This document shows, in pieces, positions 13,201 to 26,100 of a DNA stretch of 64,000 nt (its first letter is position 1; each line of letters opens with the position of its first letter). The notes under the pieces are model-generated. The model worked only from the letters and a program-made list of their open reading frames with translations. It had not been told where the DNA came from and did not search any database. The position numbers and the translations under genes are program-made. The stretch comes from Dimorphilus gyrociliatus (Eukaryota > Animalia > Annelida), in contig CAJFCJ010000020.1 in assembly GCA_904063045.1 (NCBI GenBank), forward strand, positions 62,001-126,000, in the 5' to 3' direction.

Positions 13201-13358
13201 CGCCATCTCAGCATGCCACTCTATTTATTCGAAAATGGATTCAGTCGAGCTTAACGGTTGACACGGTGCATAAAATCAATAGCGATGATCAGATTTGAGT
13301 GATAATAGAGCATGCAAACCGAGTAAACTCGTCTAAAAAACAGACGCTTCACGTCCGT

Positions 13359-13430
13359 CCAATCAACGTCCGGCTGAGCCAGAAGCGGACGCTGATTGGC
13401 CGCTGCTTCCTTCCCTTTTCCTGCTATAAA
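13359..13430 (+). promoter_or_regulatory. Core promoter of the ETS gene: two CCAAT boxes and a TATA box
   Basis: CCAAT at 13359-13363, ATTGG at 13395-13399 and TATAAA at 13425-13430, about 155 nt upstream of the ATG at 13586. Several TTCC/GGAAGT ETS-like cores lie nearby. Confidence 0.65.
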
Positions 13431-13585
13431 GCACGTTATTTCTTCATAATTCCGCACTTTTTCCGAAGTGGAAGTGGAATTTTTGTTGCGTTTATTTACG
13501 TTTATATTAACTAAATGACGCATATTTCCCAATCGTTCTTCTCCGTCCTCCTGAACCAAGAAACTTAATTTCTTGTTACATAACA

Positions 13586-16041
13586 ATGGCGAAACATTCA
13601 GATTATTACAGAGCTGCTTGCACATTTACGGCCGGTCTTTCTGGAATGATGTTTCCAGGTGAGCTTTATTACTTCTATAATTTGTGCAATTTGTAAGAAA
13701 ATTATGTAATTAAGCGTACTTTTATGTCGAATGTTGCATGAACAAAGCAAAAGGTGAGTCTGTTCCGTGAAAAAAGTAGAGCATAAGTGACGCTGACAAT
13801 ATAAATTCCTCAAAGACAGTTGGCGTGTCATGACAGCAAAATAAAAGCCCTGGGTTGAAAAAGCTTTCTGTCGTGATTAGATTTCTCCGATTGTGTTACG
13901 TCAACGTTAATACGGACATGGACAAATTTTTTCGGATGCGATTACGGCATATTTCCAGTCGGTATTCATTCTGCCTGAAGTGACTTTGTAATTGGCATTA
14001 ATTTTATTAGCTGCAAAGGGCACGAAAAGGATTTTTTATTAAGTGCCAAATAAAAAAAAACGCTGAATAAGTCTCTATCTATATTTATTAAAGACCTCTA
14101 GGAAATTATCGCCTTTTTTTGCCCGTTCTATGCAAAGCTTTCGAAAAAGTTAATTGTCGGATGTGTATCTGCTAAAATATTCATTATGTACATATATACG
14201 TGATTGTAGATCTATTGGTGTATAAAAAAATTAGCAGAAGCAATGATTACACTGACAACTTCTGATGTTGAGGAATACTTATATTGCTGATACAGTAAAG
14301 ATATAAGGAAAACAGCAAATTTTCTTAGTTAATTTTAGACATATAGTGTGGATAAATTCCTTTAAGATGCTCTGTTTACCTTTCTATCGAGTTTATATCA
14401 TCTTTAGATGCAGAACATAAATTGAAGGGCGTCTATTATTTAAATTTTATCCTCTATTATTATTCTATTATACTTTTTTGTAAAGAAGAATTTTTCAAAT
14501 TGTTTTACAGATCCATCACCTTACGCCAAATCAGCTTGGCCATCACAACATAGCCCGCAAACTCAAGGTAAGATTGTTTTTACATATTTACGTATGATGC
14601 TCTCTTTATTTATATGAAAAATAAAAGAAGAGAGAAGAGCGTGAAATATACATTACGACCAAACTATATAGTCAACAATAAAATTAGCCTCATAAAATCA
14701 TTGCAGCGCGCTAAAAAACTAGGTCAACACTGCATCGATCATGCACTCGGAAGTGACTCGCACTGCAAAAAGGCACTAAGCAGTATCTGAAACATGCAAA
14801 TGCTTTACTGCAATACTATAATTTATCTTTAATAACCATTTATTACTTGTTGATTAGCCGGATAAAGGTCTTCAGACCCGCTTCCACTTCAATAAACTTT
14901 AATAGGCTGATTTTTTTCAAACGCAGGTTTCCATTTGAAAGCTGATACGGTAAAACACCTTCCTTGGGCTGAACCTGCTCCGGTACCCCCTAGCTCGACG
15001 CCTAACGCTAGTAATTCAGGCGGGGCCGTAAAAACTCCAATGAGCCCTTCAATAGCCGCAACTGCTTGGCAAATTGCTAGACAACCAGATTCTCGGAACG
15101 GATTATTACAGGCGGCGAGTTCTAGACCGGAAACAGCGGCAGGTAAATTAAATTTTTTTACCTCCTATGAAATAGGCATGATAGCAAACGTACAATTATG
15201 ACAGATTTGGCAAAAATAGGTCATTAGACGACAAACAGCATAGAAATATACAATTTCCATTCACAAACGCATAAAACTATATTAAAGGCGTCACGACATA
15301 GCGGGCAAGCAACCTGCTGCGGTGTCTAATGCTAGTCAGGCTTCGACGCCTGGTGACGCCGTCAGGTAACGCCTGCAATCACTTCCTTCCTCACGCACTA
15401 AAAGGTTCTAAAAACGAAGCGTTTCCGAAACGTTCTAACGATCATTTATACCCATCGACGGAGTATTTTTATAGACGTAGAGTGCTGTTGGCGTCCCAAT
15501 TAAAGAGAGAAGACTAATTAGCCGTCATTCACACTGTTGTAGTGGTAATTAAAAAAGAGGGAAAAGCGATATCCTCACAAGTATAAATATTAGTAATTTA
15601 GTAAAAGTTTGCAGGAGAGAGTAACATTTACCTTAATACATAGAGCATATTATCATAAATATCCCTTTCTGTATTTAGATAAACGTATAATTACTTTTAG
15701 AAATGCAAAAGAATTGCATATTTACGTATATATATATATATATATATATACAGATATACAGTAGTACATACTGTATATAGTTTATATTTTATAATATATA
15801 TAGCTTACATATATAGCTCTTTGTACATGTTGTATATATATAAATCTACGACAAAGATAATAATGTCGGGAGAGCAGGAGAAAGCAGCTAATTGCAGTTG
15901 GTTTCGTGATACAGACGGCAAAAGAATTCCGTAAGCGAACGCATTGAATAGCTCGTAATAACTCTCCATAAACACCACTTTTACTTTATTCCACTTTCTT
16001 TGTGTTCTCTCTATTCTTATTCTCTATGCCTAGAATTCTAA

Positions 16042-16073
<32 letters not shown>

Positions 16074-18562
16074 TGTATATATCTGTAACCCCTTAAACAG
16101 AAAAGTGTATACGCCCTTAAGAATGTATTCTATATTATATTAAAGTTATATTACAATCATTAAATATATGCTATAGTCTACATTTGTAACTAATTGTGTA
16201 CACATCACGCGCATATACACGTATATGTAAATATATATTTACGAGTATGTATATAGTATACTTATATAATGTTCATGTCTCAGTGATCCTATGATAGCAT
16301 ATTATATGGTTAGTCTTCGTATCAAGTATACATTTAATGATTTCTTTAATGACAGACGTAATTAGCCTTTTGGTATCATGGCGTACATATCATTTCTAGT
16401 ATAATTTCTTGTATATAAAGTACATAGTATATATCTAGTACAATCGCCTTTTGTAATTTTTGCGATCGGCGTCACTTACGCGCAATGCAACATCCGGGTG
16501 TTTTCCGCCATATTTCCTGATATTTCCGTTCGTTCCGTCGATTCTAATCTAGGCCTATGGGGCGCCTATTGTTTCCCGCAGCATGTTCTTCTATAAAAAA
16601 TATAAATACATTTCCCCTTCCTATTTTTTTCAGGTTATTCGCACACGTCCCTATCTTGCATACCGAAAACGGAAGGAGCACACAACCAATGGAGACCTCA
16701 GGGTGAGTTCTAAGCAAAATAATACGAACGCATATATATTTACGCGCGCGTCTATATATAATAGAGAACAAAGAGTTTAAGAGCAGGAAACTCCAATATG
16801 CTTATTGCAGTTTTCTTAGGAGGCTTCACCGACTTTTATATTTTTCGCAGTCGACTGAACTCTGCGCGATTATTGTATGCGATTGCTGTACACTTTTTCC
16901 TACCAGAATTTGTCACAAAGCGTTCGAATTTTGCGGTAGCACGTTCTTTAAACTAAAGTATTACGTAGAAAGATCCGTATACGTATATGAACTATTATAA
17001 ATCGTTTACCGACACGAATTTTCACTTAGGTGCTGTTACGTAATCATTAGGGGCGGCGCGCGCCCCCTTAGACATTAAACGAACTAATCAGCTCAGGTGC
17101 GCCGGTGCGCGTTGCGGTCGAACAATCTCGGCGGCGTATAAACACAGCTATCGATCGCCGTTGAATGACTCTCTATAAACGGCACTGCCCGAAAGATAAC
17201 AATGACGGCAATCGACTGTATTCAGCTGTCACCAACTGCCATCAGATAGAGTGTTTAAGGCGAAGTTTTACTAAGCTTTTTTCTTTTTTTCTTTCACATA
17301 TATTTAGCCGGCCGCCCCGGTTGTTTACCGAAGCCGTCTCGCCCCATTTTCGTTGCAGTATGTTCGAAATTGCTCTGCAAATACGCTACATCGACGTTTC
17401 GCTTCCTTTTTTTTATTCAACTCTCTCTCTCTTTTTCTCTTCTCTTTTACTTTGCTTTCTTGTTTAACCCCGTTTTCCAACTTATATTTACGCTATACTT
17501 GAAAAAGAGTCGAGCAATTGATTCCGTCCAGTCTTTGTCTTCTGCAACTTTTGCAGTTGCCTTGCTGAGAGTTAACTGCTGGACACCGAAGTAATTGAAA
17601 GTGGGGCCGTCGTAGTGACTAATGCAACGTAATGACTGCGACGGCTCGGCTAAATGCCCGTGATGACACTATTATTGGCCACCTTTCTTTATGCCGCATC
17701 GATTTACAGCGTATTATTGCAGGATATTGTGTTCCTGATCGCACTTTGCGCACTGTTTATAAAGAACGGTCGCTTATAAATCGAAAAGTTGTGAATATAA
17801 TCGCCGGCGCCCAAGAGGCCTGACTTCGTATAAGCGCTCCCTCTCGGAAGAGCGGAAGGAAGTTGTTTTGGTGTATTTTGGCCTCTTTTCCCTCTCGCTA
17901 GCTGAGCGATTGCCTTTTCTCATTTAATGCTCGTTCGGTGTTTCCTAAACGCTTATCCATGCATATAGTCCTACAGTACACTTCAAATTGCAAGTAATAT
18001 ATTTTATTTTCTTTTATAATTAGGTTCTGGTCAGATTCAATTGTGGCAATTTCTACTCGAACTGCTGTCTGATAGTACAAATTCCAATTGTATACAATGG
18101 GAAGGTACTAATGGAGAATTTAAATTGGTTGACCCAGATGAAGTTGCTAGGAGGTGGGGTGAGAGAAAATCAAAACCAAATATGAATTACGATAAATTAT
18201 CAAGAGCATTACGCTATTACTACGATAAAAATATCATGACGAAAGTTCATGGAAAAAGGTACGCCTACAAATTTGATTTCGCCGGCCTTGCCCAGGCGAT
18301 GCAACCATCTTCGACCGATCCAACATCATATAAGTATCAACAAGATCTTCTAATGTCAACGTATCACCACCATACGTCAAAGTTTAATTTCATGAACGCT
18401 CCGATTTCGTCCTCCAACGGTTTTTTTGCATCTAGTCCGTCTTACTGGGGTTCTGGTGCTAATCTCTATTCGAATCTACCTAATGCCATGCCTCATCACG
18501 CTCCTCATGTCACGTCTCATCTTTCCTCTCCATTTTATTCCTATGAACACGTACATCAATGA
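13586..18562 (+). CDS. erg/fli1: ERG/FLI1-class ETS transcription factor; exons 13586-13658, 14511-14567, 14927-15142, 16634-16702, 18024-18562
   Basis: The last exon encodes [17 protein letters not shown]...[42 protein letters not shown] (ERG-subfamily ETS domain) plus the ERG/FLI-like tail (SSPSYW...HLSSPFY). Upstream exons have canonical GT-AG ends, all join in phase 1, and carry ERG-like SAW and PKTE..RPQ motifs. Confidence 0.92.
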
Positions 18563-18805
18563 GGGTACATAATTGAATAATTAATTAATTAACAAGGCAC
18601 ACGTTTTTATAGTATATTTACATGTATATTAATTCTCGTATAGTTCAGAGATATTACATGCCAATTGTGCCAAGAATTCTTGTAAAAAATTTATCTAGTC
18701 ATATTTACAAGAGACACATAATTAACAAATATATCCAGAAACATGTAGATATATATGTACAGTTGCTTGTATGAAATATTTATATATATTTATATAAATG
18801 AATAA

Positions 18806-18809
<4 letters not shown>

Positions 18810-18847
<38 letters not shown>
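18810..18847. repeat. (TA)n microsatellite in the ETS gene 3' region
   Basis: Perfect TA run directly after AATAAATAAA, a possible poly(A) signal. Confidence 0.9.
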
Positions 18848-18850
<3 letters not shown>

Positions 18851-19863
18851 TATATGTATTTATAGTATATACTGTATATTAATATAGATATTTATATAGA
18901 TATATAGGGTATACATACATGCATATATATACTATATACATACAATTTACACAGCGTAAATGTACAAAATATTTAATTATAGTGAAAATGAAATGTTGTT
19001 GACTGTGAAGGAAAGACTACAGCACTAGTTGCATGGTATAAATATTAAGTCCTTGAAAATATCGTTGTGTACATAAATTGAATAAAAAAACATTAAATTG
19101 ACTCAATCTATCAATAATCGTTTGGGAACCGATGATGAATACTGACGGGTACAGTAATGCTATTTTTGCAGTTGTCAGTGTCAACTGCAAGTTTGCATGC
19201 AAGTCGCAGCGTGTAGATTGAGAGCTGTCTCTGATTTATTCGTAAAAGCATTAACGAATATTTTTATATAAATCTACTGAAACGTATCAATCTTTGATTA
19301 TTGATGGCAAACAAGACAAAAGAAATGAAGCGTCGAGAATATTTCTTGTCAGCTTTATTTCGACGACCGGTGAAAAGCGTCGAATTCGAATAAACATTCG
19401 GTTAAGCTCTACAAACATAAGCTAGTACGAGTTTGCCACTGTTACCGAGCTGTCCTATCACGTTTTCTTGTTGACAAACCGACTTGCTTATTCGGACGTT
19501 TTGTTTACTTCTTATTTAGCGCCTCTCTTTTTTTGCTTTTCTTCTCCATATATAGAATTTATGCTAATCGCATTCCGCCTTATCATTCGTTTAGACGCCG
19601 CTTCGCCACCTAATATCGATGGTACCCGACTTTAGCGCACGTCCCAAAGGACGCAACAGATTGAACTTGTCAATTGTTGTTCTTTTACAGAGTAACTGTA
19701 TCTGGGGTATAAAACGTCTTACATAGAGACGATTGAGGCGTCTTCTCTCGTATGTCCGTAACTGTGACAACGAAAACGTTTTATTTTACTTTTAAATAAA
19801 CATTTATGTAATCAAATACTTAACTTTTCGAAACTTCTGTTAATTTTGTACAATTTTAAAAAA

Positions 19864-20328
19864 TGCGCATGCGCACTTAATGTATAAATTAATTGAAGAC
19901 GATTATATATTAAAAAAATTTTGTTAGCATAAAAATAAATACACTTAGTTAGAAGATAATTTACAGTCCTTTGTGCATATATGCACTGCAATATATAGCT
20001 GGGGGCGGTGAAACATCATCTCTGTTGAATGACAACAATAGCATCTCAGCAAGAATCCAAGAAAATTAAGCACAGCGTTTTGAATAGCGCTCGTTCCTCT
20101 CGCTTCTCTTCAAATAAGGCTATACGAATTCGATCAGATAAAAGAACTCTTGAAAAAGAAAACTCGACTCCATCTTTTGAAAGAGCGAAAGAAAAAACAC
20201 TGAATCGGGACAATCACGGTAAACATAACTGAAAATTATCAGTACCTCCCGCGGTAAAATTGGCGCCCTTCACCTGCCCGGAAAAAAAATCGACGATGCA
20301 CGACCGAACTTTGGGATGCGCATGCGCG
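19864..20328. promoter_or_regulatory. Promoter-like region with two NRF1/Ewg palindromes
   Basis: Perfect TGCGCATGCGCA at 19864-19875 and TGCGCATGCGCG at 20317-20328, within a CpG-rich patch. Confidence 0.45.
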
Positions 20329-22424
20329 CTGATCGATCAAGTCTGACATGCCTTATGGACACGGCCGACTGGAGGCGGGTGACAATTCGAAATAGAATAA
20401 TGACCGCTCCGTGTGTGTTTAGAATAATTTTTTTAGCGCCGAGTGATTGATTGAAAAAGGTTGTTGTTTTTGCTTCTCTTCATATTCTAATGAGATTTTG
20501 CGGGTGGAATATATGACATGAAAATTAACTCGTTTCACTCCCCCAAATCCGATTATTTTATAATCCGGAATTGTATAAAAATAATATAAGGTGAATAAAA
20601 AGAGAAGGGAACAGTTGATTAGCATGGCATCAATCAAAAGTCACTAATGACGGTCGTAAAAAATCCAGGTAAGACGCCTATAATGCGTCATCGGTGTTGC
20701 GTTTAAGCGTTGTACTTATTGAGCACCTGGCCGTGAATCTTACGACTCAATTGCCCAATTATTGCGCGCCGCGTATTAATTACAGTCGAGCCATAAAAGA
20801 AGTCGGCTTTGTACTATAAGGATATTAATTGACACCTTTGCCTTCGGCCATCTAACTTTACTCGAAAAGTTCTAGATTTTCTTTCAAAGTTACTCTATTC
20901 GGGCATAGCTGATGGCGAATGGTATATTTCTTTTATTCAATACTTCCTTTTAACTTTTTTCCCTTTTCCTTTTTCTCTCTTCTCCTTTTAAATTCTTTCA
21001 TTTCATATCTCTTTCTTTCATTCTCATTTTTCGTTACTTTTTCTTACTTTTACCACTAATGGTTTAATTATATCGATTCGAGGAATTTCCAAATCCGACG
21101 GTGCGTTGCATAAAAGCACCTCTTCTACCTGTCAACGAGCAGGTGCGTTATATACTCGTTTTTGTCAAGTTTTTTACTTATCGTTCTGCTAAAGTCACTT
21201 GGAGTGGTAGCGAAGAGTTTAATGGAATATTTTCTAGCGCATCTGCCTGCCAAAGCGCACTTGACGAATAAAACACACAGATTGTGTATGTACACATAAA
21301 TGTATTTGTCTAACATACAGTACTACTGTATTATTATAAATATATAAGGTTAGTTTTCGATCGATAATCAATGCCATCATCTCAGCATGTTGAAGGAAGG
21401 GCCGAAATCGATAAGCCATTCATTTTCGGCCGTCTATATATGTATACAGGAAATTTTAAACCACATTGCTCTAATCAAATATTATGCTAATTAAAAAGCA
21501 ATCGAACGTTTCCAGGTAGGAAGTGTTTTAGTTTTTCTACTTCCTCCACTACTCGGCTCGCCTTTTCTGGTGCTAAATATTTTTTCCATTATACCCGAAT
21601 CGAAAATTAACGAACGCTTTCGATTGATTTATTGATATTATATACACGCCTTTTTTCAAAATGAAACATTCGCTATAGAACGCTTCTTAATTGCGTTTGT
21701 ACAAACATGTGCGCCGCATGTAGAGCCTTAAAATATTTCCTTTAATCTTCAATTTATTGTTTATTCAACTCTTAAAGATATTCCTTAATTATTGCACAGA
21801 AGATGCATCTTATTCAACTTCAAAAGACTATCGTATGCAAATTCTCTCTTTCCCTTATCGAAAAATCGTCGATTATCGTCTTCCGCCTCCGCTTATAGAT
21901 TTCTTAATAAGCTTTCCTATATAAAAAAAAGAAAACTTGACGCGGGCTTTATAAAGCTGCGAGCGAATTGTTTGTTCCGGCAAAAATTCTCCAATAGGAA
22001 ATTTCCCGTCCGACCAATTCAGGGCACGTTTTTCAACAAGCTTTCACTATATTCAGTCCCTTTGTTTTTTCCTGGTAACATTTGCCGAGCCTTTTTGTCG
22101 GTTTGACCCGAATGTTTGCTATTACTTTCGGCGAGAATTTAGCATTGATTTTCAGTTTTATTCTACTTCTAAACCTCTTTTTTCTTCTTTTAATTTCGAA
22201 AAGTTCCCCTTCTCTGATAAGAAATAATGTCTTAATAATATTTACGCTCGATTACATTTAATACAGCTGTAAACGCTCTATAATCAATATTATAATAAGT
22301 GTTTAGCGATTGTTATGTAACTTAGAAGCGCGTTCCTCTCTTTCCCGAGGGAATTTAATGCCTTATTAAGCACAGATCACAAGTAACGCTCGGTCCGCTT
22401 CATAAGATCACATCAACTACTGGC

Positions 22425-23146
22425 CACGTGACCTAATCACGTGATCAATGATAAAAGGACGATTACGCAATCGTAATGGAAGTTTTAGCTGCTAGTTGAT
22501 ATTGTTAAGGCTACAATTATCCCGTAAATATTCTTACGAAGCCTGTATATTTATGTAAATACCCTGTTTAATTGTTGTACGACGGGTAACAGCCTGTTAT
22601 GTTTGTCAATATAGAAGCAGAAGTTGCAAATAAATCTTTCATCCTCATAGAGTGGAAGCCATAAGATGGCAATTTAGAAAAACAATAGGAAAACGGAAAA
22701 GGAAGTGGAATCGCCGATGCACAATCATGCCACTCTGATATGATTTTAATCTATCAAACGACTTACAAAATTAAGTAGGAGGGCTCCATGGGCCACTAGA
22801 TGGAGCTTAAAGTTTCTCTTTGTCTTAATTATACAAAGTTCCAAAGAACTCTAGAAATAAGATGCCAAGAGCTGCAGTAGCAGTTTCTTTCTAGTTATTA
22901 TTTGTTACACTTGTATGAGACCAAAAGGAAACACGCGAAGTCGCGATAAAAATCGTGCAAACAAAAGGAAATCGACCGACAAGGGGAAATACGAGTTTAA
23001 AAACAGGAAAAGTCGGTGGAAGAGGAAGTTCAAGCACTTCTCTTTACACCATTTTCCGCTATGCGGCGAAAGTTCCGTCGAAAGGAACTTCCTGTTGTAG
23101 CTTAGCGGCAGTTAGGTCCGGGAAGGTTCCGGTTCCTTCCTGGGAA
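22425..23146. promoter_or_regulatory. Putative enhancer module: paired E-boxes, CTCF-like site and dense GGAA/TTCC cluster
   Basis: CACGTG at 22425 and 22438; four GGAA within about 22688-22710; GGCCACTAGATGGAGC at 22791; 15 GGAA/TTCC cores counted in 22927-23146. Confidence 0.5.
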
Positions 23147-26100
23147 TGATCCGGTTGTTTTTGAGAAGAGGCGTTCTTATGAGGGCTATCGAGAAAAGTA
23201 AGGCTCTAAGTTACACAAGATAATCCCCTATAACGAAAGCTAGGAGACGCCCTCAGTATTCCTGAGTTTTTTTTTACATAATGCGTTGGCGACACGCAAT
23301 AAGCGAACAATGGCACAGCAGAAATAACTAAAGCTGTTCATTTCGTGAGAAAGAAACATCATCCTATATCGTTGACAAACATTCGTGAGTTGGCCATATT
23401 ATGACTTGATTACAAAAAATTGCTCGTTTGACAAGTCTATCTATACTCTTCAGCATAGATTTTATGTACTCGTGGTATAATAAAATGATTGAAAACTATA
23501 TCATTTTTGGAGAGTAGTGCATAAATAAATAGTTTTTTAGTGTACTTGGTAGACTTTTATAAATTACACTAATTGATCGCAGCTTTAGCACTGACTGATC
23601 GCAAATTGCACTTTTTGGCCATAATTTAGTGAAACTATATATGATAAATAAGTATAAATTGTACTTGCTATGAAAATACGCATTGCAAAAGAAATTGATT
23701 GGCAAGAGCCAACTTTTGCAGTGCGGTTATAAGCTTTGTGATTTCATAGCGAACAAAGGAAATGAAGGTGGAAGTGGACGAGAAGAGGTGATTGATTATT
23801 TCCAATCGATAATTGCCTTACGGAAGCCATTTCTACTCTCTGGCTATATATTCGGTTCACTGGTGCAGGCAAAGATCAAAGTAATTAAAGCCAAAGTACA
23901 CCATTACTTTTCAGGAAATGCCGATCGATCGAATGAACTTTTAAAACGTAGTATTTTGTTTCTAGTCAAATTATATAGTATTTTTCTTATATAAAACTGT
24001 ACGTAGGTAAGTGTAATTAATTACGTTTTGAATATTGAGAAGCCTATATAACTGTAAGGAAAAAAAATTTGCGGTCGATCGGGTACGAAAAAAGTTGGCA
24101 ACGGTGATCACGGCGTGCATTAAGCGGACACGCGATTCGCACTTCCTGGCATGCAGGTGAAATGGTAGAAGAAAGTTAAATGAGAGGACGGTAGTTCGTT
24201 TGATGAGTAGACGACGGAAGGGAGAAAGAAAATGAGGAAGCGAACACTGATGTCACGTCATCACGCGCAAAAAACTTCAACCTGCCAACTTTCTAATCCC
24301 CGTAAATTTAGATGATAATTAACGTACTTTTTATTATCTTAAAAATAATACCATTCTGTTAAGGGAGTACTCTCATTTAAAAGCACTTTTATATCATTTC
24401 CATGTATTATAGGCTTACAGTGATGGAGTCTATCAAGAAATATATTAGTCTGAGCGTTTCACAACTTTGATTAGTTAATATTCATTACAGTTTACGCATA
24501 TTTATCTATATTTCTCTAAATATTTATATTCATATAAAGAACCTTCGAGGCAGGCACGTGCCGATCGTGTGTGTTTACCTGAGTCGACCTTGACCTTGTT
24601 CAAATCATCAATCTACCTTTTGTTACCCAGGCGACGCTGACCCTCGGGCAGTTATTGAGGGTATATGATTTATGACAATCTGCTAATTTATGCATGACGG
24701 AGCTAATGGCAGTTGTGGGAACGCATTTCGTTGCATGTCCCTTTTCTTTACCTGTCCAATATATAATTTGATAATGAGAAAAATAAACGGGAAAAAAGGA
24801 AAGGAAAAACAATAATTCACCTGGGAGGAAAAAGTTTAAAAAGGAGAGAGACAGAGAGAGAGAGAAAAAAAACAAAGAATGGAAAAGATTTAAATATTAA
24901 GAAAATAAAAAGTCGACTTTTAATAAAGGTGTCAACTTATATATGCGTTACGAAAATATTAGACGCTTAATTCTAAATTTACATAAGATTCATTAGCATA
25001 AAACACTTTCACAGGTGCCAGGTGTGACATCGATGAATTAATTCGATTTTTATTTAAACTTGTCTATCGTTTGCGGTGCGTGATGTTTTACTAAAAGGAA
25101 TTATTGACGTCTTACTTGGTCGGGCGCCTTCCGTATAAGTTATAAAAGTAAATTAATTACTTGCTATAAATAAATAAACGATCCTCGATATCATAAATTA
25201 TCAATAAGCTTTTAATAACGATTTATTCTTCAAATCCAAATAAGATTTTGTAGTTTCTTGATAAATTAAAAAAAAAAGAAAAGCAAACCGCTAGATGGAG
25301 AGGTTAACGTATAACGGATATTAAACAGAAATGCTATACTAGCGTCATCTAATGTCGTAAAATGTATCATATATATAGAAACACATATATAAATATATAT
25401 GTGTACTTTATTACTTTTTGAAAGCCCAAAAGTAGTGACAGAAAAATTCATCAATCACACACGTGCTCAACCGTTAAATATCCCACTCATCGGGTCTAAG
25501 CAAATCAGTTTAAAGCCGCTTAGAACTGTCTTTATACGAAAATTCGGTCTGTTTCGGAATGTTCTGATTTGTGTAAAGGGAAATAAAATTCGTCTCATCT
25601 TTACTTCAATTCAATAAGTTTTAGTGAAAAAGACATCTCTTATAATTATATTTGAATACTGTCACGAATTTCCTTGATTTAAAAAAGGATCCTTTATCTA
25701 ACGGCCTCAGAATGTATTAATTTGACATTTTTTCCATTTATCGCTTAGAATAACCTTAACCAAAGGCAATTTGTATATCTGATGATCTGTTAGAATCATA
25801 TAACAGCAACTTTTCCAGGGTTTTCATTTATGTCCCGAAAAAAGACTTACTCTTCACAACAAGGATTTCGAGAGCAGTTTAATATTTTCTTGGCTTATTA
25901 ATCATTTATCAATGAGAGATAGTAGTGTAATAACTATTTTGATGGTTCAATTATTCGATCTATACAATGATGAATTTTTTTATAAGATAATCTAAAACTC
26001 ATTTCTCTATAATAGATACTACTATCGGAAATATGTCAATCAAGATCGTATTCAGTGATTAATGAGACTTAGATCCTCTCACCCCCTAATTTCATGGTAT

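Noticed and set aside
15289-15365. Ala/Ser/Pro-rich frame ending at CAG/gtaacg inside an ETS intron
   Set aside because: The open frame is phase 2-2 and does not fit the phase-1 flanking exons; the phase-1 frame has a stop.
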